Sequence record: DRR723986_3279
Strand: one strand, 5' to 3'
DNA length: 64,000 nucleotides
The translations under genes were made by a program, and so were the position numbers. The notes beneath the pieces were generated by a model, which ran no database searches, was not told the origin of the DNA, and was given only the letters and a program-made list of their open reading frames with translations. Below, piece after piece: positions 28,701 to 38,458 of the stretch. Position 1 is the first letter of the stretch; every line of letters starts with the position of its first letter.

Positions 28701-29810
28701 TTACTGTACCGGTGCGTGTTTGCTGGCAAGAAAACTTGTCATGGCCTTCACGAGCTTCGGGTAATCCCCTTGCTGCAGGGCTGCCCCCGCGATGGTGATG
28801 CCAGAGGATGGCTCATGCAAAACCAGCGTTCCCCAAAAACCGCCATGCTCATATACATGCACATCGCCGTAGTCTTTTTCAAAAACACCTAACCGGTAAG
28901 GGCTATCTTCCGGCAAACCCTCTTGCGATAACATCATTTTCAATGTTTCCGGCTTTTCAAATATTTTACCGGCCAGCAGCAGGTCATAAAAACGCGCCAC
29001 ATCTCGCGGTGTAGCCACCAAACCGCCACCGCCGTATAGGTCAACCGAGGGGTCCCAGCTGTGGGTGTCTTGGCCTGCCATAAATTGGTGCACCCGCCGT
29101 GTTGGTGGCACTGTAGCGCTATCGCCGCGCTCCCACAGGGTGTCTCGCAGACCGTGGTCATCAAGCTTGAGCAAGTCTCTCACTGCCAGTGGCAGCTTCA
29201 TTTCGGTGATCCGCTCAATGATATGGCCCAGCAACAGATAGCCGGTGTCAGAATAAAAGAACCTCTCGCCCGGTGCGCCAACAGGGTCGCCCCAGTTTAC
29301 CGCCGCCTGAAGTTGTTCAGCCCGTGTCCAGACATTGCCGGGGGTTTCCATGATTGCCTGAATATATTTGCTATTTTGCGCATGGTCATACAGCCCTGCC
29401 GTGTGGCTCAGCACATGCTTAAGCGTGATGGCGTCTGTGTCATAGCCGTCTGCCCGCAACATCGCATCAAACGAATTTCGGATAAGTTCGTTTAAGGGCA
29501 TGTCAAGCGCCAGTTCGCGTTTTTCAATAAGCCTGAGAATGCTGGCGGCGGTATAGGATTTGGTGATGCTGGCAATGCGAAACATATGGTTTGGCGTTAG
29601 CGCGTCGCCCGGCGCCGCCTCGCCTTTTACAGCGCTGTAGCTATCAGCGCCGTCAATGACATAAAAAGAATAGCCTGTGTGCTCTGTTCTGCTTTCCATC
29701 GCGCTTTCCAGCGCAGCGGATAGCTTCTCCGGCGTTGCCTGAACTGCTGACAACAACCCCGTCGACAACAACACGGCCAATGCAATTAAGCGTATGAATA
29801 GCTGCTTCAC
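28701..29810 (-). CDS. Serine hydrolase, beta-lactamase / D-Ala-D-Ala carboxypeptidase family
   Basis: Signal peptide; FRIASITK (SxxK), YSDTGY, HGG. Confidence 0.88.
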   Translation of the reverse strand: MKQLFIRLIALAVLLSTGLLSAVQATPEKLSAALESAMESRTEHTGYSFYVIDGADSYSAVKGEAAPGDALTPNHMFRIASITKSYTAASILRLIEKRELALDMPLNELIRNSFDAMLRADGYDTDAITLKHVLSHTAGLYDHAQNSKYIQAIMETPGNVWTRAEQLQAAVNWGDPVGAPGERFFYSDTGYLLLGHIIERITEMKLPLAVRDLLKLDDHGLRDTLWERGDSATVPPTRRVHQFMAGQDTHSWDPSVDLYGGGGLVATPRDVARFYDLLLAGKIFEKPETLKMMLSQEGLPEDSPYRLGVFEKDYGDVHVYEHGGFWGTLVLHEPSSGITIAGAALQQGDYPKLVKAMTSFLASKHAPVQ

Positions 29811-29832
29811 TTTCTATCCTTTCCCAACATTG

Positions 29833-29858
29833 AAAAGCCGGGGCATGCCCCGGCTTTT
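29833..29858. terminator. Bidirectional intrinsic terminator
   Basis: AAAAGCCGGGGC-AT-GCCCCGGCTTTT. Confidence 0.85.
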
Positions 29859-29879
29859 GTTATTTTTTACCGATTAGGC

Positions 29880-31151
29880 CTAACTGTCAAACGCAGGCGA
29901 CCGGTCAAGCTCCTTGTAACGATCCCTCAGTTTGGTTTGGCGCGAGACAAGCGGCATATCCACTCCGGCGACAAGCACCGCATCAGGGCTGGACATCAGC
30001 TCCAGCGGATCACCATCCCAAACCACTATGTCGGCGTCCATACCGGCAGATAGTTTGCCGTAGCTGTCCGCAACACCGAACATTTCAGCCGGATTGACGG
30101 TTAACGCATCCATCGCCGCAGCCCACGGCATACCCATGGAAACCGCAATGCCGGCATTTTGCACCACAAGGCGCGCGTTGTGCGTGCCCGGCGGAATGAA
30201 GGCAACCTTCACACCAGCCGCATGCAGGCGGCCAGCCGCTGCACTGGTTTGACCCAGTGTATCAAAGTTGCCCGGCAAATTGGCCGACGGGTCAAGAACA
30301 ACACCAATACCAGCAGCGGCCAGCATGTCTGCCACCATCCAAGCTTCCGCTGCACCGCCGAGGATAACCCGAACACCGAAACGATTTTGAAAAGCAATCA
30401 ACTGCATAATGTCAGCCTTGCGGTTCACTACCGCATAAATGGGCATGTCACCAGACAAGACAGCCTTCAAGGTTGCGTCCGCCGCTGAAGGGCGTTTGGC
30501 ATCCTTGTCGTCGTCTTTTTTGGCATCAGCATCCATTTTGTCTTTCGCGGCTTGGAACTTTTCATTCAGTTTGCTCCACAGCACCGCGCGGCTACCACCT
30601 ACTTTGCCGGCAGACCCTTCATCCAGATCAATGGCAAGAAAGGCCTTTTCCTGCGCAACGATATCGCTGTCATTCAGCTTTAACACAGCACCAAGGCCCA
30701 GCCACATATCACCAGACGTGGTCATACGCGACATGGCGCGGGTAACACCCTCAATGCGCGTATTCGGAATGAAGATATTGGCCGGGTTAAGCGCTGGTAC
30801 TATGCTTAAGCCAATGGCCCCTTTTTCCGTCGGTGCAGAAGCATCATTGATGCCACCAGACAGCGAAACCTCGGTCAGACCAAGCGAGGTGTCAGCCGCC
30901 ATAAAGCCTGCCGTTACCCATTTGCCCGTGGCATCAATAACGCGGTAACCGTCAGGCACAGCGCCGCCTGATGACACAGAGGTTATCTTGCCGCCTGACA
31001 CCAGAATGGTGGCGTTTTCGACTTCACCGTTACCACCGTTTGTGAAAGCCTTGCCACCGGTTATAGCAATGTCTTCCGCTGACACAGAGGCTGTGAAAGA
31101 GGCTGTGAGAGATAAGGCGGCAATGGCCGCTACTGAAAATAACTTTCTCAT
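29880..31151 (-). CDS. Amidohydrolase-family protein with degenerate metal site
   Basis: IDATGKWVTAGF with HxH replaced by ADTS; TVNPAEMFG; DADIVVWDGDPL. Confidence 0.85.
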   Translation of the reverse strand: MRKLFSVAAIAALSLTASFTASVSAEDIAITGGKAFTNGGNGEVENATILVSGGKITSVSSGGAVPDGYRVIDATGKWVTAGFMAADTSLGLTEVSLSGGINDASAPTEKGAIGLSIVPALNPANIFIPNTRIEGVTRAMSRMTTSGDMWLGLGAVLKLNDSDIVAQEKAFLAIDLDEGSAGKVGGSRAVLWSKLNEKFQAAKDKMDADAKKDDDKDAKRPSAADATLKAVLSGDMPIYAVVNRKADIMQLIAFQNRFGVRVILGGAAEAWMVADMLAAAGIGVVLDPSANLPGNFDTLGQTSAAAGRLHAAGVKVAFIPPGTHNARLVVQNAGIAVSMGMPWAAAMDALTVNPAEMFGVADSYGKLSAGMDADIVVWDGDPLELMSSPDAVLVAGVDMPLVSRQTKLRDRYKELDRSPAFDS

Positions 31152-32584
31152 TTCACGTCTCCTTCACCGGGCTGTCCAAGCTCGAAGTCCATCACCGGAT
31201 TATTGTCAGGGTTTAATCTGTCAAACACCACCGCACCGTCAACAAACGTTAAGTCTGCTTTGCTGTAAACACTGAACGGGTCACCAGACCATAGAACAAT
31301 GTCTGCGTCCTTGCCTGCTGTGAGCGTGCCGGTTTTATCATCAATACCGAGCGATTTAGCCGGGTTAAGCGATAGCCACGTCCAAGCATCTGCCTTGGAA
31401 ATATCAACGCCCGCCTTGCGGCCATCTGCCAGCGCCTTAGCCGCTTCTTGATTAAGGCGCTGTATACCGCTTGAACTGTCTGAATGCACAATGGCGCAAG
31501 CACCCGCCTTATGAACGAACGGAATATTCTCGCGTATACCATCGTAAGCTTCCATCTTGAAGCCATACCAATCGGCCCACATGGCGGAACACACGTTGTT
31601 TTCCGCAAGTTTGTCAGCAATTTTATAGCTCTCAACCGCATGCTGGAACGACGTGATTTGATAATTAAACTCTTTCATAACATCCAGCATGGTACCCATA
31701 TCATCGCCGCGGTAACAGTGCATGTGCACCAGAATTTCGCCGCGCAATACACCAGCCAATGTGTCTAGGTTCAAGTCACGTGCAGGGGGTAAAACGTCTT
31801 TACCGGCCCTATAGTCGCGCTCGTATTTGTCCCACTGTCGCTGATACTCCTGTGCATCGGCCCAAGCCTGACGATACCCCGCCACATTACCCATGCGCGT
31901 ATGCGGGCGGAAGTCCCCGCCGCGAGAACCGTCGCCGTAGACCCTTTTAGGGTTCTCGCCGCAGGCCATTTTAAGGCCGTAAGGCGCGCCCGGGAACTTC
32001 ATATCCTGCGACACACGCCCCGGTACATTTTTGATGGTGACAGAACGACCGCCCACCAGGTTAGCCGAACCGGGCAGCAACTGCGCTGCGGTAACACCGC
32101 CTGCTGCAGCACGGATAAAGCCAGCGTCATGCGGCCACAGCGCATGCTCGGCCCACGCATCGGCGGTCACCGGTGCACCCACTTCATTGCCGTCAGAGTG
32201 TGCTTGCACACCCGGGCTTGGGTACACGCCCAAATGGCTGTGCACGTCAATAATACCCGGTGTTACCCAGCGGCCTGCGGCGTCAATAACTGTTGCGCCT
32301 GCGGGGGCCGCGATATCGGCGCCAATGGCTGATACTTTACCGTTTTCAATTAAAACTGAGCCGCCGTCTATGCGGCCGCCAGCGCCGTCCAGAATGGTTG
32401 CACCAGTAATCAGCGTGGTGCCGCTTGGCAGCGGTGTATAGCTGGACGGGAACGGGTCCCGGTCAATGTCGACAAATTCGCCCTGCTCACCGTCGCCCGG
32501 TGTGCAAGCCGCCGCAACCAGCCCTAGCGCTGCAACCATTGCAGTGCGTTTGAGCATCGTGCTGTTCAGACCTCTGAATTTCAT
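31148..32584 (-). CDS. Amidohydrolase-family lipoprotein
   Basis: Lipobox AAAC; PGIIDVHSHLG; KMACGENPKRVYG; HCYR; HSD. Confidence 0.9.
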   Translation of the reverse strand: MKFRGLNSTMLKRTAMVAALGLVAAACTPGDGEQGEFVDIDRDPFPSSYTPLPSGTTLITGATILDGAGGRIDGGSVLIENGKVSAIGADIAAPAGATVIDAAGRWVTPGIIDVHSHLGVYPSPGVQAHSDGNEVGAPVTADAWAEHALWPHDAGFIRAAAGGVTAAQLLPGSANLVGGRSVTIKNVPGRVSQDMKFPGAPYGLKMACGENPKRVYGDGSRGGDFRPHTRMGNVAGYRQAWADAQEYQRQWDKYERDYRAGKDVLPPARDLNLDTLAGVLRGEILVHMHCYRGDDMGTMLDVMKEFNYQITSFQHAVESYKIADKLAENNVCSAMWADWYGFKMEAYDGIRENIPFVHKAGACAIVHSDSSSGIQRLNQEAAKALADGRKAGVDISKADAWTWLSLNPAKSLGIDDKTGTLTAGKDADIVLWSGDPFSVYSKADLTFVDGAVVFDRLNPDNNPVMDFELGQPGEGDVK

Positions 32585-32741
32585 TTAATTACCTCCCAAG
32601 TGGCTCGGACGCGCGCGGCCCCACCCCTAATTTGGTAGCCACTGGTCCGGAAGCATAGAGCGTAACAAGCGCATGTTTGAGAGTCACGCACTTCAATAAT
32701 AAACTATGGTTTAAGTTTTATAAAGCCGGGGACCCGCAGCT

Positions 32742-33482
32742 TTAAGAGGCAGGCAACGCCAGCACCCAATCATGATTTTTCTCGTACCCAAGTGTGATCA
32801 GCGCATCGCCATGCACTTCAAGGAAAGCTTCCGCGATTGGACGGGTGAAAACACTCCGCCACTGAGCAACCTTACCGGACCGGGCATGTGCATCTTGCTT
32901 GTCGCCGCCACCGAATAATGACCAACGGTAAAATAACTGCTTAGCCATGTCACACTCATGTGCTGTGAGGCCCATTTGGACCATTACTTTGCCAAACCCA
33001 GACATGGATTCATCAGCTATCCAGTCTTCATAGCGCACAGTTTCAAAGCCACTAAGGCGCTCGCAGTCTCGCACCATATCGCGAGTTGTTGCGTTGGCCA
33101 CTTGTCTTGCTTCAAAGATATAACGCGCTGAAGTGTCCGGCTGGGCTAATATTGCTTGCTGATATGTTTGCCCAGCCAGCGCCGGTAGCGGTTCATGCAA
33201 CCAGGTTTCTTCAGATTTCATATGATAGTGAGCACCAGATATCACTACATCACGCGGGTCACGGATCATGCGAAACCCTACGCTATCGCCCTCAAGCAAA
33301 CTATTAGGGAAACGGCAATGGCCGTCCATGTATATACCCGAAAAATGCGGGTCTTTACCCTGTGCCGTATGGTTTTCGGCAAACGGCAAAGCTAACTTTT
33401 CCGCCACATCCATAAAAACCCGCTGCAGCCAAACGGTGCCGGTTTTATGGTAAGTGCCAACCAGTAAGGTGTCATGTTTCAT
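32742..33482 (-). CDS. Sulfotransferase-domain protein
   Basis: TYHKTGTVW (5'-PSB), RDPRDVVIS (3'-PB), RYED, RSGKVAQW. Confidence 0.85.
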   Translation of the reverse strand: MKHDTLLVGTYHKTGTVWLQRVFMDVAEKLALPFAENHTAQGKDPHFSGIYMDGHCRFPNSLLEGDSVGFRMIRDPRDVVISGAHYHMKSEETWLHEPLPALAGQTYQQAILAQPDTSARYIFEARQVANATTRDMVRDCERLSGFETVRYEDWIADESMSGFGKVMVQMGLTAHECDMAKQLFYRWSLFGGGDKQDAHARSGKVAQWRSVFTRPIAEAFLEVHGDALITLGYEKNHDWVLALPAS

Positions 33483-33647
33483 ACAACAGCGCTTCTTAAG
33501 CAGTGACCCCATAAAAAAGGCGAGGACAATGATGCCCTCGCCCCTCGACCAATGCGTCCACCCCAACGGACGCCGTGCAAACCTCAAGGCTGCAACTTGA
33601 TGCCAGCATAAGCCAGAAAGGCCAACGCTGGCAAGTTTTCTAATGTC

Positions 33648-35198
33648 CTAATGGACGCCGTGCATCCACTTGCGGATAAGCGGCGTGAGCACCAACAGAA
33701 GCAAACCCATGCCAACGGACAAACCGCCCGCATACATGAACAGTTCATTGGTTTTCTCCATATCAAGCGCGCCGCCAGCATCATGGCCGCCAACACCCAT
33801 CAACGATGACAATTCGCCCGCCTTATAGTTGCCAATGGCGATGAACAGGAAGAATGAGCCCATTGTCATGCCGACAATGCGGGCGGGTGATAGCTTGGTC
33901 ACCATCGACAGGCCTACCGGGCTAATACAAAGCTCTGCCGCCGTGAGGAAAAAGTATATTTGTACCATCCAGAAAAAGCTTTTGTCGGTGCCTTCATCAA
34001 AGTTCATGCCCCAAACAAATATCAGATACCCAGCCCCAACAATGATAAGCGCCAGCGCAAATTTGGCCGGCGTTGAGGGTTCAAACCCTGCATGGCCCAA
34101 CTTTGTCCATGCCATGGCAAAAAGCGGTGCCAGCACAATGATAAAGAAGGGGTTAAGGGTTTGAACTTGCCCGGCGGTGATATTCAACCCAGCCACATTG
34201 CGGTCAATTTGCTGATCCGCAATTAGGGTTAGTGAAGCACCCTGTTGCTCAAACAGCATCCAGAACATGGTCATGAACATCAAGAGAATGATCACTACAA
34301 AAATACGTTCTCGCTCTTCTTTTGTCGATTTCATGAAGCCATAAGCCATCAAAATCAACAGAACCAGAATGCCGGTACCGTCCAAAAGTTGGCCAACCAG
34401 TTCTTGGAATTGCATCATGAACCACATAAGGGCGACAAGCCCGAAGCCAAAGATATAAATGATGTGCTCGCGGTTTAAAAACCCAGCGAAAATTGGCTCT
34501 TTAAGCTCTGCTTCATTTGGTGGTTCGGCTCGACCTTCCAATAACTTTTGGCCCCAAAGGAAGGTTGCTAAGCCAATAAGCATGCCGAAACCTGCAAGTC
34601 CAAAGCCGTAACCCCAGCCGTATGTTTCACCAACGCCCGCAACAATAATAGTAGCAAGGAAAGAACCCACGTTAATGCCCATGTAAAAAATGGTGAACCC
34701 ACCGTCGCGCCTTGGGTCAGTTGGCCCGTAAAGCGCACCCACAACCGTGGAAATATTAGCTTTCAGGAAGCCAACACCGGTTACAATAAAAGCGAGAGAC
34801 ATAAAGAAAATGCTGACGTGCTGTTCGCTCCGCGCCACTGCACCTGCAACAATTTCCGCCGGTGGTCCTTCAAAGGCCAAGCTAATATGGCCAATAACTA
34901 AAAGCAGTCCGCCATAAACAACGGCTTTGCGGCTACCAAGATACCGGTCAGCAAAATAGCCTCCAAGGATAGGCAGCATATATATCAAACCTGTATATGC
35001 GGCATAAATCAGACTTGCCTCACCGGTACTAAACAGAAAATGCTTTGTTAGATACAAAATCAGAAGCGCCCGCATCCCGTAGAATGAAAAACGTTCCCAC
35101 ATTTCCGTCAAAAAACAGATAGATAGCCCAATCGGATGACCAAGGAATTCTCTTTCTTGAGTACCTTCAGTCGAAACAACAGCGTCGCTCATGTCCAC
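33648..35198 (-). CDS. POT/PTR family proton-dependent oligopeptide transporter
   Basis: GHP.GL..FLTEMWERFSFYGM, GFTIFYMGINVGS, ELCISPVGLS. Confidence 0.95.
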   Translation of the reverse strand: MDMSDAVVSTEGTQEREFLGHPIGLSICFLTEMWERFSFYGMRALLILYLTKHFLFSTGEASLIYAAYTGLIYMLPILGGYFADRYLGSRKAVVYGGLLLVIGHISLAFEGPPAEIVAGAVARSEQHVSIFFMSLAFIVTGVGFLKANISTVVGALYGPTDPRRDGGFTIFYMGINVGSFLATIIVAGVGETYGWGYGFGLAGFGMLIGLATFLWGQKLLEGRAEPPNEAELKEPIFAGFLNREHIIYIFGFGLVALMWFMMQFQELVGQLLDGTGILVLLILMAYGFMKSTKEERERIFVVIILLMFMTMFWMLFEQQGASLTLIADQQIDRNVAGLNITAGQVQTLNPFFIIVLAPLFAMAWTKLGHAGFEPSTPAKFALALIIVGAGYLIFVWGMNFDEGTDKSFFWMVQIYFFLTAAELCISPVGLSMVTKLSPARIVGMTMGSFFLFIAIGNYKAGELSSLMGVGGHDAGGALDMEKTNELFMYAGGLSVGMGLLLLVLTPLIRKWMHGVH

Positions 35199-35373
35199 CT
35201 CATGTAATTATTTTTTGGCGCTCGAAGGTCTGACTATGGCCTGCAGCGCCGCCCCTAATTTACTGTGGCAAGCTATTGACAATGGTTAAATTGCCCGCTC
35301 GCCCTCTCCCAGCCTCTAGAAACCATATTTAGTTGTTGATTGCGAGTCTTTCGACATTCAGTTGGTCTCAAAC

Positions 35374-37308
35374 CTACCGACTAACCGTTTTTGAACCATC
35401 TCCAATATGCTGTTCCAGAAACCGCAAAGCCGATGAGAAATAAGTTCTTCGGTCTTGCGGACGGCGCAATTGATGCTCAGAGCCTTTCAATACGATGAAT
35501 TCATAGTCTTTTTCATTCCACCGCAACGATTTGGCCATTTGCACACCGTGATCAAACGGCACATTGCTGTCGCGTGTTGCATGCAACAGCAGCACCGGCA
35601 GCCGAACCAGGTCAGCCCGGTTCAGCGGCGAGCGGCGCTTCAGCGTGCGATCAGACAAGTTACCCTTAATGCGCGGCACGCTCAGCAGGGAAAAGCGGTT
35701 TTGCTCCAGATATTCCACCAGATAATGCACCGATGTTACCCCGTTAAGGCTGACGGCGCACTCAAACAGGTCATCATCTTTTATTGATGACATCAATGCC
35801 GCATAGCCACCATATGACCCGCCCATAACGCACATCTGGCCCTTGTTCGCATGACCAGTTTCCAGCATCCATTCGGCGGCGGTGCGCACATCATCTTGCA
35901 TGTCGGTGCCCCAGCGCGCATATCCCGCACGGCGCCATGCTTCGCCGAAACCACTGGACCCCCGGAAGTTTGGTTGAAGCACCGTATAGCCATTAGCGGT
36001 AAGCCAGCTAACCATTGGACTGTAGCGGTCAGACACGCGCCGTACCGGTCCACCGTGCACCATCACAACCGCTTTGCCGGTGCCGCCGCCTTCCGGCTCA
36101 GAAAGCATGGCATGCATAGCGCCCAGCTTTTTAATGCGCTTGCCCTTCAGGTTTATCCACACCCCTTTTTTTCTGGGCTTGGGTAGTTGGTAAGCCTCGC
36201 CGCCAACCTCTATTTCAAAAAGCGTGTCCCGGTTTTCTTCGGCTAAAAAATATCGATTAGGTCGCCAGTTATCGCTACTGCGGTACAGGCTCACCCGGCC
36301 ATCCCGGCTTCTGGACACCAAAGACGCATGCTTCACATCCGCCAACGCCTTAACGCGCTTGAGGTCATCTTCAAACTGTGGCTGCCAGATAATTTGTTCT
36401 GAACTATCCTCAATATACGTGGCCCCAACCACTATACTGCTTTCCGGGTCAAAAATTGCGGCGCTAATGTCAAATTGCGCGGTACTCGCCAACTGCTTAA
36501 TGAAACTACCCGTTCGAGCATCCATACGCCATAATGACCGGGTATTGCCCGCATGGGACGAAATAACCGCTGCTGTTGCGCCGCCCGCTTCTACGCCTAC
36601 AATTGAGATCGGCGATTGGCGGAAATAATCATTATCCGCAATTTCTTCCCAGTTACCCTCTGCGCGGCGGCCATACATAAGTTGACGCCGCCCTTTGTAG
36701 GCTTCGCCAATTTCCACAGTGCCGGTTGGGCTGGCCCACCAACGAATGATCGGCCGCCAAGCGCCTATTATTTTGGTGGACACACCAGTTATGGCGTTCA
36801 CTTGAAATACGGCTGGGTAACCGGGAACTGCTGGGTCTTCCCATTGCATCAAAATATTGCGGGGGTCGTCAGGCAATGCGCTTAGAAGCACAGGTGTCAG
36901 TCCATCCGGACGCGGCCCTCCATTGTCAATCAATGGCCGCAACCTGCCAATAGGCGCGTCATAGAGAACCAGGCCGTATTCACGCAACGACAGTAAAAGC
37001 CGTCCCTCGCCAACCCAAGCCAGCCAGTTTAATTCAGACCGGGTGTAGGGCAGAATATCCGCTTGTTCAAAACGACCAAAAGCGGGCCAAACCGCCACTT
37101 GAGAGTCGCCGCCCTGCGTACGCACCAACGCCGATACATAATGCCCGTATGCAGAAAGTGATGCAGCCGCCACTTTGGGCGCATCGGTCAGTTGCTGTAA
37201 CAATCCTGCGTGCGGCCCCTCATAAACTGGGGGCTCATCGGCATAGGAAAGCGCGCCAACCGGCGATAACAGCAACAAAAACAACAAAAAACAACGAATC
37301 AAAACCAT
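35374..37308 (-). CDS. S9 family (prolyl oligopeptidase-like) peptidase
   Basis: VHGGP, QPNFRGSSGFG, GGSYGGY, D..V, EH catalytic triad pattern; signal peptide. Confidence 0.92.
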   Translation of the reverse strand: MVLIRCFLLFLLLLSPVGALSYADEPPVYEGPHAGLLQQLTDAPKVAAASLSAYGHYVSALVRTQGGDSQVAVWPAFGRFEQADILPYTRSELNWLAWVGEGRLLLSLREYGLVLYDAPIGRLRPLIDNGGPRPDGLTPVLLSALPDDPRNILMQWEDPAVPGYPAVFQVNAITGVSTKIIGAWRPIIRWWASPTGTVEIGEAYKGRRQLMYGRRAEGNWEEIADNDYFRQSPISIVGVEAGGATAAVISSHAGNTRSLWRMDARTGSFIKQLASTAQFDISAAIFDPESSIVVGATYIEDSSEQIIWQPQFEDDLKRVKALADVKHASLVSRSRDGRVSLYRSSDNWRPNRYFLAEENRDTLFEIEVGGEAYQLPKPRKKGVWINLKGKRIKKLGAMHAMLSEPEGGGTGKAVVMVHGGPVRRVSDRYSPMVSWLTANGYTVLQPNFRGSSGFGEAWRRAGYARWGTDMQDDVRTAAEWMLETGHANKGQMCVMGGSYGGYAALMSSIKDDDLFECAVSLNGVTSVHYLVEYLEQNRFSLLSVPRIKGNLSDRTLKRRSPLNRADLVRLPVLLLHATRDSNVPFDHGVQMAKSLRWNEKDYEFIVLKGSEHQLRRPQDRRTYFSSALRFLEQHIGDGSKTVSR

Positions 37309-37490
37309 AGCTAATATTTATCATGAGCGCTTAGACGCTGAAAAGCTTTTCGGGACCAAAATGCCGTGAAGAAAGCGTGATTGAAGCACCGAAATTAAAT
37401 TTCAATATGGTTTTGAAATTTGCCCTGCATCGCCTTCACTCTATTTCTGTGCTAGGAACATAGTTTAAATAAGCTTATGGAAAACACACA

Positions 37491-38414
37491 ATGTCCACCC
37501 AGTGGCAGCATATTAAGCCTTCTGACATCCTCACCACAGAGGAACAACATCGGCTGCGTCAACGCTCAAACTGGATGGGTACATGGATGCTGTTGCATGC
37601 TTGGGGTGTTATTGCATTAGCGACAGCGCTGTTTGCCTTTTTCCCGAATTTGCTGACATTTGCTATTGCGGTCACGCTGATCGGTAGCCGCCAGCTTGGG
37701 CTTGCCGTATTGCAGCATGAGGCAAGCCACGGCATGCTGTTCCGGTCGCGCACGGCTAATGACCTGCTTGGTCAGTGGATTGCCGCTTCACCGAATTTTA
37801 TCAATATGAAAAATTATCGCATTCGGCACATGGCGCACCATAGGTTTACCCGCACCGAGAAAGACCCGGAAAATTACCTTTATACGCCGTTTCCAGTGAC
37901 GAAAAGCAGTATGGGCCGTAAAATTTTGCGGGATTTCACCGGCATTTCTTTCTTGCGCACACAAATTGGCCTGTTTCGTTTCATTTGGGGCGACCATAAG
38001 GAACGCTGGAAAAGACTTCGTGGTTTTTACGGGGTGACGGTTATTTTTTACACTCTATTCGTCAGCGCTTTTGTTGCGGTGGGGCGGTTAGACTTATTTT
38101 TGCTAATGTGGCTATTGCCGATGATGACAACCCAACAGTTTTTCCTACGCATTCGCAATATTGCTGAACATGCGGCTGTGCCGGACATTGAGCACCCACT
38201 GAAAAACAGCCGAACAACCATGGCCGGACCGTTTGAGCGCATGACCTTTGCGCCCTATTTCGTGAACTACCACATTGAACACCATATGGTGCCTTTTGTG
38301 CCCTGCTGGCGTTTGGCCGAGGTACATAAAATTATGCTGGAAAAAGGCTTTGGCAAAGACATGGAAATTAGCACCGGCTACCGGGACATCATTCGCCTTA
38401 ACGCTGCAGCCTAA
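37491..38414 (+). CDS. Fatty acid desaturase family protein
   Basis: His boxes HEASH, HMAHH, HIEHH. Confidence 0.9.
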   Translation: MSTQWQHIKPSDILTTEEQHRLRQRSNWMGTWMLLHAWGVIALATALFAFFPNLLTFAIAVTLIGSRQLGLAVLQHEASHGMLFRSRTANDLLGQWIAASPNFINMKNYRIRHMAHHRFTRTEKDPENYLYTPFPVTKSSMGRKILRDFTGISFLRTQIGLFRFIWGDHKERWKRLRGFYGVTVIFYTLFVSAFVAVGRLDLFLLMWLLPMMTTQQFFLRIRNIAEHAAVPDIEHPLKNSRTTMAGPFERMTFAPYFVNYHIEHHMVPFVPCWRLAEVHKIMLEKGFGKDMEISTGYRDIIRLNAAA

Positions 38415-38458
38415 AAGCCATAAACCAAGCTGCAGCGCACCTTTTTTACACCGCCATT

